Of a DNA stretch of 64,000 nucleotides, positions 49,811-57,629 are shown piece after piece. Position 1 is the stretch's first letter. Each line of letters begins with the position of its first letter. The notes under the pieces are model-generated. The model was not told the DNA's origin and ran no database searches. It saw nothing but the letters and a program-made list of their open reading frames with translations. Both the position numbers and the translations under genes were made by a program. The DNA lies in assembly GCA_012520175.1 (NCBI GenBank), contig JAAYOU010000041.1, forward strand, positions 7,630-71,629. Direction: 5' to 3'. This DNA is from Bacteroidales bacterium. Its GTDB lineage: Bacteria > Bacteroidota > Bacteroidia > Bacteroidales > DTU049.

Positions 49811-50196
49811 CAGGGTCAAAAGATGATTTGATAGGATATAGATTGTCAAGGTCAAAAGACACCTTTGAGGATGCTAAGATTTTAGCAGATAAAGAGAGAT
49901 GGAATTCAGCTATAAACAGGCTTTATTATGCAGCTTATTATGCTGTTATTGCAATATTATTAAAGTATGATTTTAAACCAACAACACATAACGGAGTTAA
50001 ATTAGTGTTTTCAGAGCATTTTATTAAAAATAAAATAATACCAAAGGAATTTGGTAAGTTATATTCACAATTATTTACTTGGAGACAAAAAGGCGATTAT
50101 GATGATTTGTTCGATTTCGATAAAGATAAGGTAATTCCTTACTTTGAGCCAGTGAAACGATTAATTGAAACAATTGAAAATATAATAAACGAATAA
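49807..50196 (+). CDS. HEPN domain protein (partner of the MNT)
   Basis: 129 aa with WNSAINRLYYAAYYAVIAILLKYDFKPTTHNGVKLVFSEHF...LFTWRQKGDYDD, the typical PF05168-type HEPN helices. The start overlaps the MNT stop by ATGA. Confidence 0.85.
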   Translation: MTGSKDDLIGYRLSRSKDTFEDAKILADKERWNSAINRLYYAAYYAVIAILLKYDFKPTTHNGVKLVFSEHFIKNKIIPKEFGKLYSQLFTWRQKGDYDDLFDFDKDKVIPYFEPVKRLIETIENIINE

Positions 50197-50524
50197 AATC
50201 ACCATACGACATACACTTATAAAAATTTGCCAAAACAGAAAGCTATTCAAAGGCTATAATCCGTTTCAAGTATTATTGTAACATAATAGCGAAATGCTTC
50301 AAATTTTGCGCTTTGTCAAGTATCTTGAATTCCATTAGTAAACGCAATTTTTTGTGGAGAGAAAGAAAAATTTTATAAATTCAACAACATATTTATATTT
50401 AGCATACTTTTTGTGTATAAAAAAACCAGAAAGTTGTTCGTTGAATTTGTAAGATAGAATTTAAAAAACAATTGAGAAAAACAAAGAAAGTCTGCAAAAG
50501 GAGCGGACTATAAACTAAATTAAA

Positions 50525-51100
50525 ATGAAAAAACTTTTAATACTCTTTGTTGCCTTAATAGGTATTGGTCTTGGTGTAAAAGCACAAGAATATCATAATG
50601 TGCAGATGAATGACGGTAGTTGGAGAATTTATGACCAGAATAATAATTATAAAATGCCAGGACGCATAAATAAAGTTGATTACAAATATTACAATGTACA
50701 GAAAAACGATGGTAGCTGGAGAATTTATGATAAAAGTTTGAATTATAAAATGCCAGGGTACGCAAGAAAAATTGATGACAAATATTATAATGTACAGAAA
50801 GATGACGGTATCAGGAGAATTTATGATAGTAATTTGAATTACAAAATGCCTGGATATGCAAGGAAAATTGATGATAAATATTATAATGTACAGAAAGACG
50901 ATGGTGGCTGGAGAATTTATGACAGCAACTTGAATTATAAAATGCCTGGACGTGCAGAAAAAAACAGAGATGGTTCCTATAATGTACAAACAGATGATGG
51001 TAATTGGAGAATTTATGACAGTAATCTAAATTATAAAATGCCCGGGCGTGTAGAAAAAAGCAGAGACCGCTTTTATAATATGCATAGAGAAAGATGGTAG
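50525..51100 (+). CDS. Secreted tandem-repeat protein (five full 32-33-aa repeats plus a partial sixth, YYNVQKxDGxWRIYDxNLNYKMPG)
   Basis: 191 aa. A signal peptide MKKLLILFVALIGIGLGVKAQ is followed by back-to-back repeats that fill the whole mature protein. I recognise no family; it is distantly WG/KWG-repeat-like. Confidence 0.75.
   Translation: MKKLLILFVALIGIGLGVKAQEYHNVQMNDGSWRIYDQNNNYKMPGRINKVDYKYYNVQKNDGSWRIYDKSLNYKMPGYARKIDDKYYNVQKDDGIRRIYDSNLNYKMPGYARKIDDKYYNVQKDDGGWRIYDSNLNYKMPGRAEKNRDGSYNVQTDDGNWRIYDSNLNYKMPGRVEKSRDRFYNMHRERW
50588..51087 (+). repeat. In-frame tandem DNA repeat, period 96 bp (first unit 99 bp), five full copies plus a partial sixth
   Basis: Repeat-unit starts lie at 50588, 50687, 50783, 50879, 50975 and 51071. 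The units differ at many synonymous positions (gat/gac, agt/agc, tac/tat). Confidence 0.9.
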
Positions 51101-51183
51101 TAGAAAATTTTAAAATAGAAATATTGAATTAATAATAAGTTAATAAAAGACGTTTAGTATTATGCAAAAAAATAAAGGACTAA

Positions 51184-51249
51184 AAATATTTTTATCTGTT
51201 TTGCTAATTTTTATTTATGAATTTCATATTTTTGTTATAGAAATATATG
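51184..51249 (+). promoter_or_regulatory. Promoter-like module, copy 2, upstream of the membrane mini-protein operon
   Basis: AAATATTTTTATCTGTTTTGCTAATTTTTATTTATGAATTTCATATTTTTGTTATAG contains a TAttTTTG -7 box about 48 nt before the ATG at 51283. Confidence 0.55.
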
Positions 51250-51282
51250 CTAAGTATTAGCTTAAAAACTACACTCAGATAA

Positions 51283-51621
51283 ATGGTTAGATTATTGAAA
51301 AAGTATACAATATTAATTATAGCCTCAATAATTATTGTTAAACTTTTGGTAATTACGATAATAACTATTTGGCCAGATTTGTTAACAACTAAGTTGCCAA
51401 ATGGTGGAATACTAACATTAAGCACAGGTGTTCTTGAAGCAGGGATTGAGTTTGTGATTAATGTAGTTTTTATTTTTTTATTGACTAAAGAAATGAAAAA
51501 AGAAAAAATATTATCAATACCAATCTTAGTAATGACATTTTTTTCAAATTTAATTGGAGTTCTTTTCTTTTTCTTGATACTTGCAGAGAATAAGCTAAAA
51601 TATAAAAAACTAGATTCATGA
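51283..51621 (+). CDS. Small 3-TM membrane protein (paralogue A)
   Basis: 112 aa with three hydrophobic segments. The C-terminal part KKEKILSIPILVMTFFSNLIGVLFFFLIL parallels the next gene. Confidence 0.55.
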   Translation: MVRLLKKYTILIIASIIIVKLLVITIITIWPDLLTTKLPNGGILTLSTGVLEAGIEFVINVVFIFLLTKEMKKEKILSIPILVMTFFSNLIGVLFFFLILAENKLKYKKLDS

Positions 51622-51938
51622 GAGATTTTATCAAAATAATCAACAAATATGCAATCCTACTGATTGTTTATTCTTTATTTGGAGTGCCTTGGTATTATTT
51701 TCGTTATTTTATTTTTAATGTTTACGAACCACCTAATTCTTTTATTAATTTCATTCCTACAATCGTAGATTATCTGATTCACTTGATAATTTTTATATTA
51801 TTGATTATTGATTTCAAAAAGGCTAATCTGAAAAACGTGGCTCTGACTTGTATTGCAGCATTATTTTTCCCATTACTTGGAATTGTTATTTTCTCAATTT
51901 TATGGATTGAAAACGAAAGTAATAAAGCCAAAGCATAA
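51618..51938 (+). CDS. Small 3-TM membrane protein (paralogue B)
   Basis: 106 aa. The start overlaps the previous stop by ATGA. The C-terminal IIDFKKANLKNVALTCIAALFFPLLGIVIFSILWI faintly resembles PLDc_N-type membrane hairpins. Confidence 0.55.
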   Translation: MRDFIKIINKYAILLIVYSLFGVPWYYFRYFIFNVYEPPNSFINFIPTIVDYLIHLIIFILLIIDFKKANLKNVALTCIAALFFPLLGIVIFSILWIENESNKAKA

Positions 51939-51953
51939 CAAAAAAAGCCAAAA

Positions 51954-52799
51954 ATGAAATTGACAATATTTATATTCTATGTGTTGTTTTTCTTTAGTTT
52001 TAAAAGTTTTACCCAAACCACGTTGATTTTCAAATACGATTGTTCAAGTTCTGTTGAAGTAACACAAATTTCTGTTTATCTGAATTATTCAAATAATAAA
52101 ATAGAATTGCTCAATGATACAATCAGAAAATTTGAAAACAGCTTAAGTGTTCCCGCAGAGGAAACAGATTATATTTTGTCTGTTGAATTTGAGTACAAAA
52201 CTAAGAGCGAAAATAGTAAAAGTAAAAAGAAAACAAAAGACTATTCTTTTAAAGAAAAACTAGATTATCCTTTTACATTAATTGGAAATGAAACATATAT
52301 TGAAATAAATGCACGCTTTTTTCGAAATGATTGGGAAAAAAAAGAAAGTGGAAGAATCGATATAATCAAATATTACCCTGCCAATCATAATCTTGATATT
52401 AAATATCTTTCTGAAATGAAAGGAGATGAATTTTATAAAGCTCCTTTTTTTATGTTAAAGAATAATTCTAGCGATACGATTTATGGACAATATCACCCAA
52501 ATTATTTTTGGGGGACAATTAGTTTTTTGGAAGATTCAGTATGGAGTAGAGACTATTTTGGAGGGTTAGATTATAATTTTGGAGGCAGATCTCCGCTATT
52601 TCCTGACTCAGTAACTCTTGCGTGGGTTGGCTCTTTTGGTTGGCAGAATGAATTACCAAAAAGACATTATAAATATACATTGTTATATATGACAGATAAA
52701 AATATAGAAGAGAAAAAGCTTTTGGAAAAAAATAATTTTATTTGGCGGGCTGAAATAAAAAAATATTACAGACTGATTTATGAATTTGATGTTGAATGA
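51954..52799 (+). CDS. Hypothetical secreted protein
   Basis: 281 aa with a signal peptide (IFIFYVLFFFSFKSFTQ). It starts 15 nt after the previous gene. I recognise no family. Confidence 0.6.
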   Translation: MKLTIFIFYVLFFFSFKSFTQTTLIFKYDCSSSVEVTQISVYLNYSNNKIELLNDTIRKFENSLSVPAEETDYILSVEFEYKTKSENSKSKKKTKDYSFKEKLDYPFTLIGNETYIEINARFFRNDWEKKESGRIDIIKYYPANHNLDIKYLSEMKGDEFYKAPFFMLKNNSSDTIYGQYHPNYFWGTISFLEDSVWSRDYFGGLDYNFGGRSPLFPDSVTLAWVGSFGWQNELPKRHYKYTLLYMTDKNIEEKKLLEKNNFIWRAEIKKYYRLIYEFDVE

Positions 52800-52870
52800 A
52801 TGATGCAAAGAATTGCCTAACATCAAGACAAAAAATTTTTATAAAATTTATCGTAGATAAAAAAATAGTT

Positions 52871-52878
52871 GTATATTT
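52871..52878 (+). promoter_or_regulatory. Bacteroidota -7 promoter box (TAtaTTTG) for tRNA-Gly
   Basis: TATATTTG lies 12 nt upstream of the mature tRNA 5' end and matches the TAnnTTTG consensus. Confidence 0.5.
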
Positions 52879-52890
52879 GCAGTCCGTTTT

Positions 52891-52963
<73 letters not shown>

Positions 52964-52964
52964 T

Positions 52965-52990
52965 CAAAGCCTTCTAAAGAGGGCTTTTTT
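52965..52990 (+). terminator. Rho-independent terminator after tRNA-Gly
   Basis: Hairpin AAAGCCTTC-TAAA-GAGGGCTTT (one G-U pair) followed by a T-run. Confidence 0.55.
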
Positions 52991-53044
52991 GATACTAAAA
53001 GTTCTTTTTTTATTTGAAAAAATTAATTTTGTAAAGGATTTGTT

Positions 53045-53127
53045 GCCCTGGTGGTGGAATGGTAGACACGCCGGACTTAAAATCCTGTGGCCCTCGGGCC
53101 GTGCGGGTTCAAGTCCCGCTCAGGGTA
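53045..53127 (+). tRNA. tRNA-Leu (anticodon TAA)
   Basis: 83-nt class II tRNA. Anticodon loop CTTAAAA with TAA at 53078-53080, a long variable arm GGCCCTCGGGCC and T-arm GCGGG-TTCAAGT-CCCGC. Confidence 0.9.
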
Positions 53128-53182
53128 CAAATTTTTTAAAAAATATTTAATTATAAAAATGTTATAGATTAAATAATTTTTA

Positions 53183-53190
53183 TATCTTTG
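53183..53190 (+). promoter_or_regulatory. Bacteroidota -7 promoter box (TAtcTTTG) for tRNA-Val
   Basis: TATCTTTG lies 18 nt upstream of the tRNA 5' end. Confidence 0.45.
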
Positions 53191-53208
53191 CAATCCTAAT
53201 ATTTTATA

Positions 53209-53283
53209 GGGCGTTTAGCTCAGCTGGTTCAGAGCATCTGCCTTACAAGCAGAGGGTCGGCGGTTCGAATCCGTCAACGCCCA
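53209..53283 (+). tRNA. tRNA-Val (anticodon TAC)
   Basis: Acceptor GGGCGTT/AACGCCC, anticodon stem TCTGC/GCAGA with loop CTTACAA, T-arm GGCGG-TTCGAAT-CCGTC. 75 nt. Confidence 0.9.
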
Positions 53284-53284
53284 C

Positions 53285-53318
53285 AAAAAAAGTCGAATGT
53301 AAAAATTCGACTTTTTTT
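53285..53318. terminator. Bidirectional rho-independent terminator (tRNA-Val on +, metG on -)
   Basis: Perfect 8-bp stem AGTCGAAT / ATTCGACT with a 6-nt loop. An A6 run lies on one side and a T-run on the other. Confidence 0.75.
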
Positions 53319-53347
53319 ATTTATAGGATTTGCTTTTTTAAAAAAAC

Positions 53348-55387
53348 TTATTTCACAAGACCACCATTGTTTGCTGAATCATCTGGGCTAACTAAAAACA
53401 AGGTTCCATCAGGATTTTCAGCATATAAAATCATACCATTTGATTCTACGCCTTTTATTTCTCGTTTTCCTAAATTAGCCACAATAACTATTTTTTTATT
53501 AATTAGCTTTTCCGGAGAAAAAAACTCAGAAACGCCAGAAACAATGGTGCGTTTTTCAAAGCCTAAATCAACGGTTAGCTTCATTAACTTCTTTGTTTTT
53601 GGAACATTTTCAGCTTCAAGAATTTTCCCAACGCGTAAATCAATTTTTGAAAAAAGATCAAAACTTATTTCTTCTTTTAAAGGTGTATAATTTGCTGTAG
53701 AACAAGCATTTGCAATTTTTGCAGCATTAAGTTTTTCAAGTTGTTTTTCAATTTCTGCATCTTCGATTTTTTCAAATAAAATTACAGGTTGATTTATTTG
53801 AGTTCCTTCTTTAAGCAAAACGCTTCCAATCTGTTCCCAAGAGCAGCTTTCCATGTTCAATATGGATTTTAGTTTTTCGGCTGTTTTGGGTAAAAATATT
53901 TCAGATAAAACCGCAATATTTGCAGCAATTTGCAAAACAGTATTTAAAATAGATTTAACTTCCTCAGGGTTTTCTTTAAATATTTTCCAAGGTTCTTTTT
54001 CAGTGAGATATTTATTTCCAAGTCTAGCAATATCCATAAAAGTGCTTAATGCTTCGCGAAAACGGAAAAGCTCAAGACTTTCATAAATTTTATCTTTTAA
54101 AACAGTTATTTCTTTTAAAATTCCCTCAAGTTCTTCATTTTTTGTGTTTGCAGTAATTTTCCCATCAAAATATTTATGAGTTAAAACAACAGCTCTATTA
54201 ATGAAATTGCCAAATATTGCAGCGAGCTCATTATTGTTTTTTGCTTGAAAATCTTTCCAAGTGAAGTCATTATCTTTGGTTTCAGGAGCATTTGATGTTA
54301 AAACATATCTTAACACATCTTGCTTTTCAGGGAAGTCTTCTAAATACTCATGCAGCCACACAGCCCAATTTTTAGAAGTGCTTATTTTGTCGCCTTCTAA
54401 ATTCATAAACTCGTTTGCGGGGACATTATCCGGTAAAATAAAACTTCCTTCAGCTTTAAGCATTGCAGGGAAAATAATACAATGAAAAACAATATTATCT
54501 TTTCCTATAAAATGAATAAGGCGAGAATCGTCGTTTTTCCAATATTTTTCCCAGTCTTTTCCGGTTTTTTCTGCCCAGTCTTTTGCAGCCGAAATATATC
54601 CAATAGGGGCATCAAACCAAACGTATAAAACTTTTCCTTTTGCATCTGGTAGAGGAACATTTACGCCCCAATCTAAATCGCGGGTAACTGCGCGGGGATG
54701 TAATCCTTGGTCTATCCAACTTTTGCATTGTCCATAAACATTGGTTTTCCACTCTTTGTGTTCTTCTAAAATCCACTTTCTAAGCCAAGGTTCATATTCA
54801 TCTAAAGGCAAAAACCAATGAGATGTTTTTCTTTTTACAGGCACGCTTCCAGATAAAGTAGATTTTGGGTCAATTAAATCTGTTGCATTTAGCGATGTTC
54901 CGCATTTTTCGCATTGGTCTCCATAGGCTTTTTCGTTTCCACAATGTGGACAAGTGCCTGTTATATAGCGGTCTGCAAGAAATTGTTTGGCTTCTTCATC
55001 ATAATATTGCTCGGATTCCATCATGGTTAGTTTTCCTTCAGAATGTAGTTTTAGAAAAAACTCAGAAGCTGTTTCATGATGAATTTTTTTACTTGTTCTT
55101 GAATAAATATCGAAAGAAATACCAAATTTCTCAAAAGAATCTTTGATTAATTCATGGTATTTATCTACAACTTGTTGCGGAGTTATATTGTTTTGTCGAG
55201 CTTTTATAGTAATTGGAACTCCGTGTTCGTCGCTGCCACCAATAAACAAAACATCTCTGTTTGTTTTTCGCAAGAAACGAACGTAAATATCAGCAGGAAC
55301 ATAAACGCCAGCCAAATGTCCAATATGTATTGGTCCATTTGCATATGGCAACGCTGTTGTAACGGTATATCTATTAAATTTTTTCAT
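53348..55387 (-). CDS. metG: Methionine--tRNA ligase with C-terminal tRNA-binding domain
   Basis: 679 aa with the HIGH region [14 protein letters not shown], zinc knuckles CPHCG...CEKCG, KISTSKN (a KMSKS variant) and a C-terminal Trbp111/EMAP-like domain (...[24 protein letters not shown]...). Confidence 0.95.
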   Translation of the reverse strand: MKKFNRYTVTTALPYANGPIHIGHLAGVYVPADIYVRFLRKTNRDVLFIGGSDEHGVPITIKARQNNITPQQVVDKYHELIKDSFEKFGISFDIYSRTSKKIHHETASEFFLKLHSEGKLTMMESEQYYDEEAKQFLADRYITGTCPHCGNEKAYGDQCEKCGTSLNATDLIDPKSTLSGSVPVKRKTSHWFLPLDEYEPWLRKWILEEHKEWKTNVYGQCKSWIDQGLHPRAVTRDLDWGVNVPLPDAKGKVLYVWFDAPIGYISAAKDWAEKTGKDWEKYWKNDDSRLIHFIGKDNIVFHCIIFPAMLKAEGSFILPDNVPANEFMNLEGDKISTSKNWAVWLHEYLEDFPEKQDVLRYVLTSNAPETKDNDFTWKDFQAKNNNELAAIFGNFINRAVVLTHKYFDGKITANTKNEELEGILKEITVLKDKIYESLELFRFREALSTFMDIARLGNKYLTEKEPWKIFKENPEEVKSILNTVLQIAANIAVLSEIFLPKTAEKLKSILNMESCSWEQIGSVLLKEGTQINQPVILFEKIEDAEIEKQLEKLNAAKIANACSTANYTPLKEEISFDLFSKIDLRVGKILEAENVPKTKKLMKLTVDLGFEKRTIVSGVSEFFSPEKLINKKIVIVANLGKREIKGVESNGMILYAENPDGTLFLVSPDDSANNGGLVK

Positions 55388-55395
55388 TTTATAAA

Positions 55396-56172
55396 TTAAT
55401 ATTTTATAGTAATTGGAACGCTTGTTAATTTTTTTAATTTTCCTCCGATTTCGTCCATTTCTTCTTTTCCTATTTTCGTTAAAAATTTTTCAGGAGTTGG
55501 GCGGTCAATCGGATAAATCATCCATTCTTCTGCTTTTATTTTAGAAACAAAAGAAGCTAAGTTTTTTAAAGATGTTTCTGTTGTGTTGTCTAATAATTCC
55601 CCATTAAAATTGGCTCTTAAAAACATTGTTTGAATAATTTTTTTACCTGAATAATTTTCAATAAAACTCATTATTTCATCAATGCTTATATCTTTTGCCG
55701 GTCTGTTTATTTTTTTAAAAAAATTATTATCTGTTGTATCTAGTTTTAACAAAGCTTTATCTGCAAGTTGTAAAGAATTAGCAATTTTTGGCTTGTAAAG
55801 TTGAGAGGAATTTGTAATTACAGTAATAATTGCTTCTGGAGCAAATTTATTTCTTAGCTCAACAGAGTTTTTTAATATTTTGTCAAAATCTGGGTGTAGC
55901 GTTGGTTCTCCGTTGCCAGCATAGGTAATAGAATTTAGCGTTTTGCCATCTTTTATAAGTTCTTTGAGTTTTTTTTCTAGCTCATCAGAAACAACTTCAA
56001 CAGAAGGAATTTCTTTCAGCTTTTCTGAATCTGTTAAACCGCATTCACAATAAACGCAGTTGAAAGAGCAAATTTTTTTATCTACGGGAAGTAAGTTTAT
56101 TCCTAATGAAAGACCAAGTCTGCGGCTATTTACAGGACCAAAAATTATGCTGTTAAATAAATGTGTTTCCAT
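55396..56172 (-). CDS. Radical SAM protein
   Basis: 258 aa with [19 protein letters not shown]...[11 protein letters not shown] (CxxxCxxC cluster). Confidence 0.8.
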   Translation of the reverse strand: METHLFNSIIFGPVNSRRLGLSLGINLLPVDKKICSFNCVYCECGLTDSEKLKEIPSVEVVSDELEKKLKELIKDGKTLNSITYAGNGEPTLHPDFDKILKNSVELRNKFAPEAIITVITNSSQLYKPKIANSLQLADKALLKLDTTDNNFFKKINRPAKDISIDEIMSFIENYSGKKIIQTMFLRANFNGELLDNTTETSLKNLASFVSKIKAEEWMIYPIDRPTPEKFLTKIGKEEMDEIGGKLKKLTSVPITIKY

Positions 56173-56264
56173 TTTGTTTTTTTATCATTTATAAATTTTC
56201 TAAGTAATTATTATAAGCAGTATCTAATGCCGCTACAAGTTGCAAAGCTACAAATTTTTTTAAA

Positions 56265-57170
56265 CTATTTTTCCATTTTTTCTGCTATAGATTTAAATCC
56301 CTGTCCAATAATTTCATGTGCATTTTGAATGGTTATAAAGGCTTCTGGATCAACTTCAAAGATATAGGCAATCAAGTCATTAACCTCTCTTCGGTTCACA
56401 ACAGTAAAAAGTACTTCCTTTTCTGAACGACCATACATTCCTTGAGCTTTGAATATCGTTCCTCCTCTTTTTAAATCATTGATAATAGCTAAACGAATCT
56501 CCTCACTTTTTTCAGAAATAATGAGAATAGTTTTATCATCTGAAAATCCATGGACTACAACATCTATCACTCTTCCCATCAAGAAAATGGTAAGCCAGGA
56601 ATAAAGAGGAATTTTCCAATCTTGAAATATCAAAAAACCGCCAATTACAATGATGGAATCCACGATTATCAGTTGTGTTCCTAATGGAATTTTGGTGTAT
56701 TTTGAGAGAATAGATGCAATAACGTCACTACCTCCACTAGATGCTCTAGATCTAAAGATTAAACCTACTCCAATGCCTATTATAAAGCCTCCAAAAATAC
56801 TTGCTAACAACACTTCATCATGAATGTTTAAAGGATCGGGTCCCCAGACAAAAACCAATCCATCTGTAAAAAGAGCTGTAAAAATAAAACAAACAAAGGT
56901 TTTAACACCAAATTTAGGTCCTAAAATTTTTAAACCTAGCAAAGTCAAAGGTAAATTAAAACAAAGCGCTCCCATTCCAACAGGGAAACCAAATTTGTGA
57001 TGTAAAACAATTGAAATACCATAAATCCCTCCAGGAATAATTTTATAAGGGGTCATGAAAAAAGCATAACCAATAGCAAGAATGAATGTTCCCAACACTA
57101 AAAACCCATAGGAAATAAACCATTTTTTGGTAAATGCTTTTTCCTTAAATGATCCAAGAGTTTGACTCAT
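56265..57170 (-). CDS. YitT-family membrane protein (with C-terminal DUF2179 domain)
   Basis: 301 aa with five or six TMs. A soluble C-terminal domain follows (...DDKTILIISEKSEEIRLAIINDLKRGGTIFKAQGMY...), typical of the YitT family. Confidence 0.75.
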   Translation of the reverse strand: MSQTLGSFKEKAFTKKWFISYGFLVLGTFILAIGYAFFMTPYKIIPGGIYGISIVLHHKFGFPVGMGALCFNLPLTLLGLKILGPKFGVKTFVCFIFTALFTDGLVFVWGPDPLNIHDEVLLASIFGGFIIGIGVGLIFRSRASSGGSDVIASILSKYTKIPLGTQLIIVDSIIVIGGFLIFQDWKIPLYSWLTIFLMGRVIDVVVHGFSDDKTILIISEKSEEIRLAIINDLKRGGTIFKAQGMYGRSEKEVLFTVVNRREVNDLIAYIFEVDPEAFITIQNAHEIIGQGFKSIAEKMEK

Positions 57171-57289
57171 AGTTAAATATGAAAAATTAATGTTTTTTGA
57201 TAAGAAGATATTTTATTCCAAGTGAAAGCCTAATTTTTTGATTGTTTATTAGTCTAAAAATTATACTATCAAAATAAAGTGTTATCTTT

Positions 57290-57625
57290 TTATTCTTTAT
57301 CTTTAGCAAGCTTTCCAAAAGCGTCATAAGCAGCCTCTAAAGCAACCTCAAACTCATTAAATTTTTCATTTATTGTTTGCCTGAAAGCTTTTGTTCGTTC
57401 TTTACGATTGTTTTTTCTTTCTTCTTTTGAAACTCGTTGAAATTTCCCCTCACGATTTTGTATTGAATGAATAAAAGAATTTCTTTTTTCTAATACTTTC
57501 TCCATTTCTTTTACAATTGCATCATTTTCTTTTTCGCCATATAAAGACATAAGCATAATGCCATCAATTAAAATTTCATTTGTTAAATAGTTAATGTCTT
57601 TCTTGATTTCTCTTTTGTTTGCCAT
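57290..57625 (-). CDS. Hypothetical charged helical protein
   Basis: I place the start at MANKREIKKDINYL (111 aa). The track ORF runs 9 codons further into the dxs 3' end. The protein is Lys/Glu-rich and predicted helical. I recognise no family. Confidence 0.5.
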   Translation of the reverse strand: MANKREIKKDINYLTNEILIDGIMLMSLYGEKENDAIVKEMEKVLEKRNSFIHSIQNREGKFQRVSKEERKNNRKERTKAFRQTINEKFNEFEVALEAAYDAFGKLAKDKE

Positions 57626-57629
57626 AGTT

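Noticed and set aside
50555-50989. 144-aa minus-strand ORF opposite the tandem-repeat gene
   Set aside because: It stays open only because the 96-bp repeat lacks stops in that frame. It has no start context or signal, and its periodic I/F/N-rich sequence mirrors the repeat.
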